DNA from: Vairimorpha necatrix
Lineage: Eukaryota
Reading direction: 5' to 3'
NCBI GenBank assembly: GCA_036630325.1
Contig: CP142728.1
Coordinates: 1,054,001-1,118,000 of the forward strand
Length of the DNA: 64,000 nucleotides
Under the pieces are notes generated by a model, which was given only the letters and a program-made list of their open reading frames with translations, was not told the DNA's origin and ran no database searches. Below are positions 25,565-36,155 of the stretch, piece by piece. A program made the translations under genes and the position numbers. Position 1 is the first letter of the stretch. Each line of letters starts with the position of its first letter.

Positions 25565-26901
25565 TGTACTAAAAAAATAATAAAAGCAATAATTACGTAT
25601 GTTTTAAGTAAGTAAAATAAAATTTATTACATTATTCTATTGTAGCTTTTACAAGAGTATATAGCAGGGCATATACATCGCGCGATGACTTAAGGCAACA
25701 CTTAGGCGATATTGCAATGGCATCAAATTGTATCGCATGGCTTAAATATAATTGATTAACAAAGTATAATGATACAAAACACACATGATAAAATGATATT
25801 TATATTATTACATTTGTTCAAATTTCACATTTAAATATAAAAAACAGTTAGCACGCAAAACAGTATTTTAAATATGGTAATTGATTGTAACTTTATATGA
25901 TTGTAAAATGTGGTTTATGGTATTTTGGCGCATATCTTTCTACATTGAATTATTTGTAGCTCTATTGACAACAATAAAAAAATCTATACGATTGTAAATT
26001 TTTTATATCTTTTTAATATATTTAACTCGCGAAAAATTAAAAATTTTAAGGATTCCAATAAAACGCAGGGAAATTACGAGAAACACATGCGAAATAACTC
26101 AATAACTACATAAAAAAGTAACAAAAGAATTTAATTACAATACCTTTGATTTAACCTAACATTCTGCTATGTATTCAATATAATGAAGCATAAGAATAAA
26201 GATTATAACCGTGTTATATAGAAAATAATATATATTTTGCAATCAAAATCATTTATAAGGCTTTTATCGATGCCTTAACAAATATCTTAGATCATTTGTC
26301 GACTCAAAATGCAGCATATTAGTACAAGTGATAAAATATTGAGATAAAGACTTACTCGTATATATAGTAATGTAAGACATATGTATGGCACACGCCAAGA
26401 GAATATGAACCTGTAGTATTGGCTACGTAACAACCTTGTAATGTAAAGACAGCTGCCGAAGGCGAATATAAACAAAAATAAGAGCAAAAGTAAAGCGCTT
26501 TATAACTTAAATGAATAAAAATATAGCAAAAATCAATACCTCGTAAACTTTACAACTCGCATGCAGCAAATACAATATGAATTTAGTTATGCGGCCTGAT
26601 CTGGGAGGCTGTATGATATAATCTAAAAATTTTCTATAATTCATAAAAGACAAAATTGTAACATATAAATTCTAAAACAGTAACATTTATTAAATTTCGA
26701 CTTGCACTATTGTTAATTTTCCAAATATAAAATAAATTTAAAATTTTTTACACTTACGTGCATGGGGGCAATAAAAAAGTCTATTGGTAGCAAAACTGTG
26801 AAAATCTATGAATGAATTCAAAGCAGCGATTGTCTGTGGTATCAAGAATATTGCGTGTCAAAACTTAAAAATAATTTCAAATGTAGGGTATTTATTTTAA
26901 C

Positions 26902-27327
26902 TTATAATTTATTTGTTATGTATTTAGAAAAGAAGTCCCTGTTTATCACTGTCTTCTTCTTAAGCAACTCCTTAATTTCTGAAATATCAAAATCTATTTT
27001 ACTGAATAAATCATAGTCAAATATCTTGTGATTAATGGCATATTTAAAAATATCTGCTACTTCGAAATTATTAATATTTGTACAGACAATGTAGTATGAC
27101 AAATTTGTTAGTTTACAAACAAAATCTATATCTTTAATATTTACTGATAATTTATCAACAAGATAATAAAATTTATCTTTTCTATCAGTAGGAATTTTAT
27201 CAAAAATCTTGTCTATTTCTACTAGCCATAAATACTCGTCTTTTATATTTAAATTATCAACATATTCTTTCTGAACTTTCCACTTGGCTAAATTGTACAG
27301 TTCATTTAAAATATTAGTTATAGTCAT
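26902..27327 (-). CDS. Hypothetical protein (141 aa), copy 1
   Basis: CCC before ATG, stop followed by AATAAA, ORF kept in the duplicate. Confidence 0.7.
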   Translation of the reverse strand: MTITNILNELYNLAKWKVQKEYVDNLNIKDEYLWLVEIDKIFDKIPTDRKDKFYYLVDKLSVNIKDIDFVCKLTNLSYYIVCTNINNFEVADIFKYAINHKIFDYDLFSKIDFDISEIKELLKKKTVINRDFFSKYITNKL

Positions 27328-27344
27328 GAGGGTAAGAAAATTAT

Positions 27345-27536
27345 TTATTTTTTTATTTTTTCTTGTATTTTGTTACGTAGATCAGTGTTTTCTATTTCTA
27401 AGATTTCTAGTCTTTTTTCATAATAAATTATTGATTTCTCTAGTGACTGAATATCGTCTTGTAGATTTTTAATAGATTCGTGTAAATCAACATCTTCAAT
27501 ATTTGCAGACTTGTCTCTGTTAATTTTATAAGACAT
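27345..27536 (-). CDS. Small coiled-coil protein, copy 1
   Basis: Heptad-like LHESIKNLQDDIQSLEKSI. ATG follows a C-run. Conserved in the duplicate. Confidence 0.6.
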   Translation of the reverse strand: MSYKINRDKSANIEDVDLHESIKNLQDDIQSLEKSIIYYEKRLEILEIENTDLRNKIQEKIKK

Positions 27537-27750
27537 GTTACAGGGGGGAAATATCATAACTGAGAAATGTATTAAACAAATGAAGATTATTAGCCTATTT
27601 TATTGATGACCAAAATATATACAAAAGTTTGTTTGTTCCTAAAAATATAATTAAATTTGTAAAATATTAGCATAAATAAATGAGGACAAAAATAGAAAAA
27701 TAATTTTCGAAAAAAAGAAAACATATAAAGAGGTCTTTGTATTTTTCATA

Positions 27751-28396
27751 CAACTGATACTTTGAGATTCTTACTCACTAAAACTCCCTCCAATAATCCT
27801 AGCAATGTTATTCTGTCTTAGAGACTATTAGAACATGCTAATCACGTCTAGCAAGATTCACAGCAGATACAAATATCTGGCAAGATTTGAATATTCCGAG
27901 GAAATGTATCATCGTACTAACATAAAGGTCCCCACAATCATCTGTATCGCACATGTGGCTCCTTATACCGCCAATTTAACAGTCCGGCATTTTTATTGGA
28001 CTGCATTGATCACCAGTCTCCCATTGGTTTCGGCCAGCAGGTAAGAATCTTGTAGGATAGGGTCCACTGGACCTTCTATTGCTTTACTTCGTCTAGTCTC
28101 ATAGTTAGCTCTAGGAAACCACATTAAAGTGCACCAGCTATGGGTTCCAACTTGGCCGTACCCATTAGATACTTTTGTGTATAATTAAGTTACCAGTGGA
28201 GTATTACTGTTTTTCGGCACTGAAGTGCGTTTCCATATAAGATGTATTGAATCAACATAATATTATCATGGGCATTTTCATCATCTTGTTTGTTTTAACT
28301 GCATCATGGAAAGTACATACAATATCGGTGCAACTAGATTCGAACACAGCCATTGCTCAATGAAAGCATCGCCTTTGACCACTGGACTGGGGCACC
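27751..28396 (-). mobile_element. SINE copy B (diverged; tRNA head present, 3' end missing)
   Basis: Colinear similarity with copy A from GAGATTCTTACTCACTAAAACTCCCTCC to GGGCACC. Confidence 0.85.
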
Positions 28397-28659
28397 TTAT
28401 TTTGGGTTTAGATTACATTTGTCAGTCATTTTAATATCATTTATCGCATCATGCAAATCGAGCTTATATTTGTCTTTACCAAGTTGACTTATAACTAACC
28501 AAAAACAACTCTGTTTTTAAACGCTAAATTTCGCGATCTACCAAACATTAATACGGAAGCATCTCTTAAATGAAATAAGAGAACACCTCTGAGTAATTCA
28601 AATATATATATATATAGAAAATTATCGATGTTTATATGTATCAAAACAAGGTTGGTTTG

Positions 28660-28965
28660 TGATGTGGAGGTGCGTGTGAGATATAGATGATAGTGAAGAC
28701 CTTTATGCTAGTACGACGATGTCTCTTCTTGAGTTACTAGTCAAATATCCTCTGTATGGTCACCCTGGACACGATTTGAGATATGGACGAAAAACATCTT
28801 CAGGTGCAAAAATTCGATTTGATTCTGTAGAGCTTATTTGCCGGCAAGTCATATGGGGAGTTATAGAGAGAAAAAATCGTACAGTTTTAGTGGATAAGGA
28901 TCAATCACAGCTCCACCTGGTTCCCATGCAATGTTTCTCCCTTGTTGTTACTTGTAAAGAAAAAA
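28660..28965 (+). mobile_element. SINE copy C (5'-truncated, diverged, A-rich tail)
   Basis: Matches the 3' ~330 nt of the SINE sense strand, ending TTACTTGTAAAGAAAAAA. Confidence 0.75.
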
Positions 28966-29167
28966 TCGAATAAAAATAAATTTGCAACTTGTCCATTGCA
29001 CAAAAATCAATTTTTGTTTGCCAGTTAGTTTTTAAGATTGCGAATAAACTGATAAAAAGACATAAATGGTTATGTGTTGTTTTTAATTTGAATCAAAGGC
29101 TATTATTTAGAACATGATGTTGACATAAAAGAAAATATTGTAATTGTATACATTTATTGTATATTAG

Positions 29168-31669
29168 TTATGGAATATATTTTAAGGTACCTTCACATTT
29201 TTCTATAATTCCTTTTTCTATTAGAATTTTCACGCTACTGCTAAAATTGTCATTCGAGAAGATAAATTTGTCTGTGTGCATTTCTTTTATTGTTTTTAAA
29301 GTGTCAGACTCAGACATATTTTTATATTTTTTCATTGTATTAGATATTTTACAGAGGTAATACATTTCTTTATCAATCTCATGTTCTTTATTTAGATCTT
29401 CTTTAATAAAATAATCCACTACATTTGTAGTCTCTGATTTGCAATTTAAAATAAATTTATCATTTTCAGCGATTAATAATTTGGAAGTTATTAAAGATTT
29501 TACTGTAATTTCTAAAAGAGATTGAGTCATGCCTGTCTCATTTTTAATTATTAATTTTGTTATAAATTTATAGTTATTAAATAAATTAATAATTATGTAT
29601 TGTAGAAAATTAAGTCTAAACTCTTTATCTCCTAATTCTATAACAACTACGCTGTATTCCCAAGCCCAATTTACTCTACTTTTTTCTACATTCTTCATTT
29701 TATCTGTAAAAATAGCAGGAATTTTAATATTAATATTTTCAATATCCAAGGCCCAGGCAGATTCTGTTAATAAAATTATACCTGATTTTGTACTAGTAAA
29801 ATCTTTCATTTCACTAAACATGATTTCTCCTTTAAGTTTTAAATCTCGATCTTCACATGTCAATAATGTAAAAATCTCTAATTCTTTGTAATAATTCACC
29901 TCATACAAAAGAACTCGACGACTTACTTCGCGAAGATATTTTTTAAAAAAATCTATTTTATCATCTACCAAATCGTAAAGATAAACGAACACTCTAAGAA
30001 GCGCACTGTCTTTATACGAAACATTTGGTGCCTTTGATAAATCAGGTAGACTTACATTTCGTTTATGTGTGTAAACTTGATTTTTCATTGGAGGTTCTTC
30101 TTTAGATTTTAATTTCTCTGGATTATCAAATGGTATTATTTCTTCATAATTAACTTCTAAAATTTCTTCATTATTAGAACTTGACGATGACTCATTGTCT
30201 CCCCAATAATCAATGCCTTCTTCTTCATTAAAATTACAAATTTCACTTCTAGCGTAAAAATCAATAAATCCTTTTCTTAAAGTTACGTATTTTTTTTCTA
30301 ATACACAATCTCCAGAAATAATTAAATTACTAAACTTGATAAGTCTAGTACTTAATGAAGGATTAAGAGAATTATAAACTTCTTTTAACTTTTTCTTAAG
30401 AATTAAATTGTACATCTTAGAATTATGAAATCCTACCTTGACTACATGATTGAACAATGTATAAAAAATGTACAAAGTCTCAATATTTTTATCAAGTAAA
30501 TGATTAAAACTTAATATTTGATTAGTTAAAAATTTTAGTAATACACTTTCTAAAATATCAGAAGAAAATTTTACAATTGATAAATGTTTCGTGATAATTT
30601 TCATTTGTTTTAAAGCAGGCGTAGTGTAAGTGTATAAATTCTGAATATTACTAGAAAATAAAGCATAAAAATCATTTAAGGGGAAATGAGTCATTTCGTT
30701 CTTTGTAAAATTAGAAATTGTTTTACAATTTGATTGTAAATTTGTTTCTTTTTTAAAATCATTAATTCTATTACTCTTAACTTGGGGAGCATTCCCATTT
30801 CTAGTACCTGGAATAAAATCATCTGAACTAAAAGATTTTTTATTATCAGTCATGCTATTTCTAATTGTATTTAATATTTCTACTGGTAAATTATGTTCAA
30901 TTAATATTTTATAAATCTCGTTTTTTATCCATTTCTTTTTTTGTACAATTAAAATATCTTCAATTATTAAATCTAACTTGTTCCAAGATTCTTCTAAAAA
31001 AATATTTTTTCTTCTAACTCTTTCATTTTTTATAAAAATATTTACACTTTCTAAATATTCAAAGATATCATCTTTTTTAGATTTTTTAACAAAATCTGTG
31101 CATTTATCAATTATATTAGAAAAAGCATATTTTTCATATCTTTCTGAATAATATAAAAGTGGCATTTTCGGATCTACAATTATATTTTTTAAACTTTCTA
31201 TACATATTTTTATTTCTTCTGGATTATCATGAAAAATTATATGTTCTCCTAAATTAATTTTTTTATATTTGAAACATTTTTGTAAAATACATCTCTCCCA
31301 AAGTAAAAAGGCAAAGTTGTATATAGATTTTGTTGTTATATATTGATTTAAATAATCAGCAAGTTCATTTATACTTTTAACAAAGGCTAAATATTTTTTA
31401 TAAAATATTGTATATTCACTAATCCATCTATCTGACTCAAAAATTTTATGCTTATTGGCTTTTAAAATTTCATAGAGAAAATCTCCTATTTTCCAATACA
31501 AATCTTCTACAAATTTGTGAGAAGTTGATGTACAAATAATGTATACATTGTTGTAGATAATTAATGCACTACATTTCTTGTTATTGTATAACAAGTCCAA
31601 TTCATAATGTATTAAACTCCACATTTTCTCAAATTGTATTTCTGTCAAATAAATTTTTCCAATGTTCAT
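29168..31669 (-). CDS. Cullin family protein, copy 1
   Basis: N-terminal IYNNVYIIC..EDLY, DKIDFFKKY..RRVL, LTESAW, C-terminal TMKKYK..LIEKGIIE..YIP. Confidence 0.85.
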   Translation of the reverse strand: MNIGKIYLTEIQFEKMWSLIHYELDLLYNNKKCSALIIYNNVYIICTSTSHKFVEDLYWKIGDFLYEILKANKHKIFESDRWISEYTIFYKKYLAFVKSINELADYLNQYITTKSIYNFAFLLWERCILQKCFKYKKINLGEHIIFHDNPEEIKICIESLKNIIVDPKMPLLYYSERYEKYAFSNIIDKCTDFVKKSKKDDIFEYLESVNIFIKNERVRRKNIFLEESWNKLDLIIEDILIVQKKKWIKNEIYKILIEHNLPVEILNTIRNSMTDNKKSFSSDDFIPGTRNGNAPQVKSNRINDFKKETNLQSNCKTISNFTKNEMTHFPLNDFYALFSSNIQNLYTYTTPALKQMKIITKHLSIVKFSSDILESVLLKFLTNQILSFNHLLDKNIETLYIFYTLFNHVVKVGFHNSKMYNLILKKKLKEVYNSLNPSLSTRLIKFSNLIISGDCVLEKKYVTLRKGFIDFYARSEICNFNEEEGIDYWGDNESSSSSNNEEILEVNYEEIIPFDNPEKLKSKEEPPMKNQVYTHKRNVSLPDLSKAPNVSYKDSALLRVFVYLYDLVDDKIDFFKKYLREVSRRVLLYEVNYYKELEIFTLLTCEDRDLKLKGEIMFSEMKDFTSTKSGIILLTESAWALDIENINIKIPAIFTDKMKNVEKSRVNWAWEYSVVVIELGDKEFRLNFLQYIIINLFNNYKFITKLIIKNETGMTQSLLEITVKSLITSKLLIAENDKFILNCKSETTNVVDYFIKEDLNKEHEIDKEMYYLCKISNTMKKYKNMSESDTLKTIKEMHTDKFIFSNDNFSSSVKILIEKGIIEKCEGTLKYIP

Positions 31670-31894
31670 ATTTTTTGTTTATGCAATATTTTGAATTAAA
31701 AGTTTATAAATCAATTATTTTTATTTTGTTTATAAAAACAAACAAATTCATAAAAATTAATTATTTTTAAAAAAATAACAACGCTACGGTTAAAAATTTT
31801 ATTACTAATTCTGATACCATCATTTTATATTTGACATCGACTCCTATTTTAAACCCCTTTTAATGATTGAGTAGTCTTGATCTTCGTGCCCATC

Positions 31895-32071
31895 ATGAAA
31901 AGAAAGTTTAATATTCCTCTTAAAGAAAAAGAAGATAAAATTATATTTCAAATTGTAGTTGATAAACATATTTATGAAATGGCAAAACAGAATAATAATG
32001 AATTTAATGTCACAATTACAGTTCAAACAGACGACCCCAAGTTAAATTTCGATATATTAAAACGGAATTAA
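31895..32071 (+). CDS. Small hypothetical protein (58 aa), copy 1
   Basis: CCCATC before ATG, protein identical in the duplicate, divergent from cullin. Confidence 0.45.
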   Translation: MKRKFNIPLKEKEDKIIFQIVVDKHIYEMAKQNNNEFNVTITVQTDDPKLNFDILKRN

Positions 32072-33884
32072 AAATTATTTACTTTTTACACAACAGTCTT
32101 ATAAATATAAAATTATTTAACATTTATTTATTTTTTGTGCTCGTTTGTACCTTTTAAATTAAAAAATATTTTTCGATTAATTTATTAATTATGTAAATTT
32201 TAATTATATTTCTACATAATTTCATTATTCTTTCCCAGTCATGTATCTTATTATGATTATTACAAGAAACTAATTTTTTTTATAATTCGTGTTAATCATC
32301 TCTGAATATGAGTTAGATCAAACATGTAAATAAATGGGGAAAAAAACTACCGGACTAAAATTAGTGATATATGTCTGTTTAATTACTTACGAATGCACAG
32401 AATTACGAAATTAACAACAGTGATAAATTTCTTCAAGGCGCCATATTCTACAACAAAATCTCAAAACAACAACAATTTACAATACTTGACGAGATAATTA
32501 TGAATTTTTACCAAAAATACACGAATCCACAGAGACACGATATTTTAATTTATACTCGTAGGGATTTTATATATTACAGAACGAAAAAAATTATAGATCA
32601 CTCTTGCACATAGCCACATAACTTAGCCAGATTTATAGAGTAATTTCAATTTTTAAAAATTTTCCCCAAAAATTGAATTTTAAAATGAGAAAAAAATTAA
32701 AAACAATAATTCCTAATCGTCATAGCTTTGGTGTAATAAAAATCCATTAAAGCTTGATATTTAAGCCTAATATAATTTTACATATGCATATGCCTATCCC
32801 AATAAGACTATTAACTATAATTTTCTACATCTGTCAAAAACACATACTTTTAAGCAAAACATGTACCTTCTACTGCATTCGTATGCAATCCTGGTTCGGG
32901 ATCTATTATGTTTGTTATAGTTTATCGTATATTAACAATAATCATGTTTTTGAAGATTTCAAAAACTTTCAAACAATTATGAGTATAGTACCATTATTTA
33001 GGAGGTTTCGTGTTTAGAATTATGTCTAGGCCTTGTCATATCATCTACTTGATAATAAATATCCTTTATATATTCGCTTATAAACATGACAAAAAATTCT
33101 GCTCTTCTGCTGCAAGACCTTTATTTTTTATGCTCACCTATTTTAAATACAACAATGCCAACGATGTCGTTACTACTACTTATAATATTATCGATACTAA
33201 AATTTTTTATAAATGTTTGATTTTAGATTCTTAAATTTTATAAATTATTAAATGGATTTTATGCATGCTTAGCACTCAATTGGATTATAGCCCCTGCATT
33301 TCATTGCGTGCAATCATGCAATTTTTTTTTGAAAAGTAAAGGTCCCCGTTTATACATCACACAAATTTAATTTTTTCCGTCAATGGGTTGTAAATCTATA
33401 TTACGTGTCATATAAGCAGTTTATTAAATTCTCACAGGAGATTATAAAAGTGTCCTTCATATTTAATTAAATTCTTATCATAAATTTTATACTTATAAAT
33501 GGTTTTGAAATCGAATAACCACAATAACTAGGATAGATTTATATTTAAACCTCTTAAGAATTTTTATCCGATGTTACTTTAATTTTGTTTATGATTAGTG
33601 CTATGTCAACTAAAAATATTTTTATAACGTAAAGATTTGCCCCGGCCATAAATGACAGTCGTTCTCGGGAAAATTTCTTAAAAATAAATAATTTAACTAG
33701 CGATGGCGTGTTTATTATTTGAGTTATAGCAGACAATCCAAAATTTGGTTCAATTAAACTAAAGTTTATTTTTTTGTGTGTGTTATTATTTAATAAATTT
33801 TTTTACGTCAAAATCATAAATTTAATTTTAATATGAATAATTTAATAAATAAAGCAAAATATCTTTTATAAAATGGAGGATTTA

Positions 33885-34595
33885 TTAATGTTCACCTGCC
33901 ACCTTTAAGTCCCGATTTATTTTTTTTAAAATATCTACAAGATTCGTATTTCTTTCAATTTTATAACAATTCCAATAATACTCTTTAGCTTTTTCAATAT
34001 TGCAATCGCTATCATCAAAAAAATAAACATTCTGGTTATCTTTAAGATTTAAAAGTTCGATTATAAATTCGTAAGCGTAATTAAATGGTTTACCTTTTGT
34101 ACCCATTTCAGTATCATCGATACAGATGATACCATCAAAACAGTCTTCTATTCCTAAACATTGTAAAATTGATTGAGATCTTAATTTTGTGTTATTGGTA
34201 AAACAATACTTTTTATATTTAATGTTCGATAGAGCTTCTCTTAAAATAAAGTCTTTATTGATAAAATTTTTATATTCGAAATGTCCTCGCATATCTTCAG
34301 CTTCTTTGGCCGTTTTGTTAAACATTTGTAAAATTCCAGCACCTGTCATCGGACTACTTTTCAAAACCTCCCAGAAGCCCTTTTCAGTGATTCTCGGGCT
34401 ATTAAGTTTATTAAAAACATTTTTCCACGAGTTAAATTCGGCTTTATGTAATTCGGAGCTCATCTTGTACAAAGTATCATCAATATCAAATAAAAATACT
34501 GGTTCGTTTTTATCTGCTCTTAAAGATTCTTTGTATTTTGCTAAACTGTCATGATGAATTGTAATATATTTTTGAATTTTACATGGTATGGTCAT
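33885..34595 (-). CDS. HAD-superfamily pyrimidine 5'-nucleotidase-like (Sdt1/Phm8 family), paralog 1
   Basis: FDIDDTLY, CFTN, GKP, FFDDS. C-run before ATG. Confidence 0.88.
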   Translation of the reverse strand: MTIPCKIQKYITIHHDSLAKYKESLRADKNEPVFLFDIDDTLYKMSSELHKAEFNSWKNVFNKLNSPRITEKGFWEVLKSSPMTGAGILQMFNKTAKEAEDMRGHFEYKNFINKDFILREALSNIKYKKYCFTNNTKLRSQSILQCLGIEDCFDGIICIDDTEMGTKGKPFNYAYEFIIELLNLKDNQNVYFFDDSDCNIEKAKEYYWNCYKIERNTNLVDILKKINRDLKVAGEH

Positions 34596-34795
34596 TTTCT
34601 TGGGGGTACAAACTTAATTAATGTCGCGCGCCCAACGAGCGACCGCGCCCAGTGCGCGACCGGATTTTTTCCTAATTTTTTAAACTAACAGAATTTTTAA
34701 CATTGGAAATTTGTAATTATACAAGCTATGTATTTCTGTATGTTAACTGTTTGGATTATTCAACTACCTTTTTTATGACCCCTAAATAAATTTTC

Positions 34796-34867
34796 AACAC
34801 GTTGGGATTCGAACCTACGACCTTCAAAGTTACGGATGACCATAACAACCCCTGTGCCAAGCTTGTT
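34796..34867 (-). ncRNA. Degenerate tRNA-like sequence inside the Ginger element
   Basis: Minus strand has A-box-like TGGCACAGGGG and B box GGTTCGAATCC at tRNA spacing. Stems imperfect. Confidence 0.5.
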
Positions 34868-34935
34868 CAGGAAATAATTTTGCAATTAATTATAGTAAAG
34901 ATTCATCATTTTAAAAAATTTTTTTTTTTACTTTT

Positions 34936-36155
34936 ATGAAAGAAGTAAAAGACCAAGTTGAGTATGATCGGCTTGTCCAAATACTCAAAGGGGACGAGGT
35001 TGGCCTAGAATGTGACAAACATTTAAAATATAGGCTAAAGAAGAAATCCCAAAGTTTTATTCTTGTGGATAACATTCTTTTCTTGAAGGATGTGGGGGGC
35101 TGGCACAAAAGAGTATTTGTAAGTACTATGGTCCAAGCTATGAAAATAGAGGTCCAAGGACTTCATCGGCAGCATCATTATGGCGCGAACCGTCTCTATT
35201 ATAAGTGTAAGGAACAATACTTCAGTATACCTAGGTGTATTGTAAGGGAGGTTTGCAGTGAATGCAATATATGCATGACAGCACAACCTCTTAAAACAAA
35301 AGAAAAGTTCAAGCACATCTTCGGTAAAAGACCCTTTGAAAGATTTATTATTGATCTTGTTGATATGAGGACTTATAGTGATGAAAATGATGGTTTTAGT
35401 TGGACCCAACAACAATAGATGTATTTTCTAAATATGCTTTTATCTCTGCTTTGAAAACTAAAACCGCCGCTGAAGTCGTATCACGGTTAGAATACAAATT
35501 TCAAACGTTAGGCTTTCCTGCTATACTTCAATGCGACAACGGCAAAGAGTTTAAAAATGAAACATTAGTTGAATTTTGCAAACAAAATGAAATAATGCTT
35601 ATTCATGGCAGACCTCGTCATCCCCAGAGTCAAGGACAAGTCGAGAGGTTTAATCAAACCCTTACTCGCTACCTGCAAAAACATCTTTGCGAAAAAGGTT
35701 TTAACAATAAGAACTGGCTAGCGGTCATTAATAAAGTTGTTTATGACTATAATGCCGCAGTACATTCTGCTACAAAGAAGTCTCCCTATAAGTTATGGTA
35801 CGGAAGCCTTGGATACAATACATGTCTAAGGGAGAATGATGATGATTGCACTGATGAGAATGAAACAACTGTAAACACGATTACAGGAAGTGATGCAGTG
35901 AGTAATGAAAAATATTTGGCTCGAATGGACAGAAAATGTGTTCATAATTCCATCAACGATTTTTCTATTGGAGATTTAGTGGTTGTAAAAAAAGATTTCG
36001 ACACTAATACGAAAACAAAAAAACTAAAATTGAGTTCTTTTTATAGTGAACCACGGGAAGTAATAGAAATTTTATCGAATAGCCGATTAAGGTTAAAATA
36101 CGAAGGGAAGGAGGAAATTATATCAATGAATCTGGTTAAAAAATTAAATAAATGA
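34936..36155 (+). pseudogene. Integrase/transposase (HHCC - DDE - GPY/F-like), frameshifted near 35400-35418
   Basis: HRQHHYG..CNIC, IDLVDM, IDVFSKY, LQCDNGKEF, QGQVERFNQTL, FSIGDLVVVK, split over two frames. Confidence 0.85.

Larger units (their letters stand above)
26907..32335. repeat. Left arm of ~5.4-kb inverted segmental duplication
   Basis: Reverse complement nearly identical to 55375-60835, including cullin, small ORFs and SINE fragments. Confidence 0.95.

Noticed and set aside
25660-25745. GC-richer patch with palindrome CATCGCGCGATG
   Set aside because: Single short palindrome with no ncRNA motif or second copy.
35395-35420. Programmed frameshift in the Ginger integrase
   Set aside because: No slippery heptamer, and the break is inside the catalytic core; more likely an indel or sequencing error.
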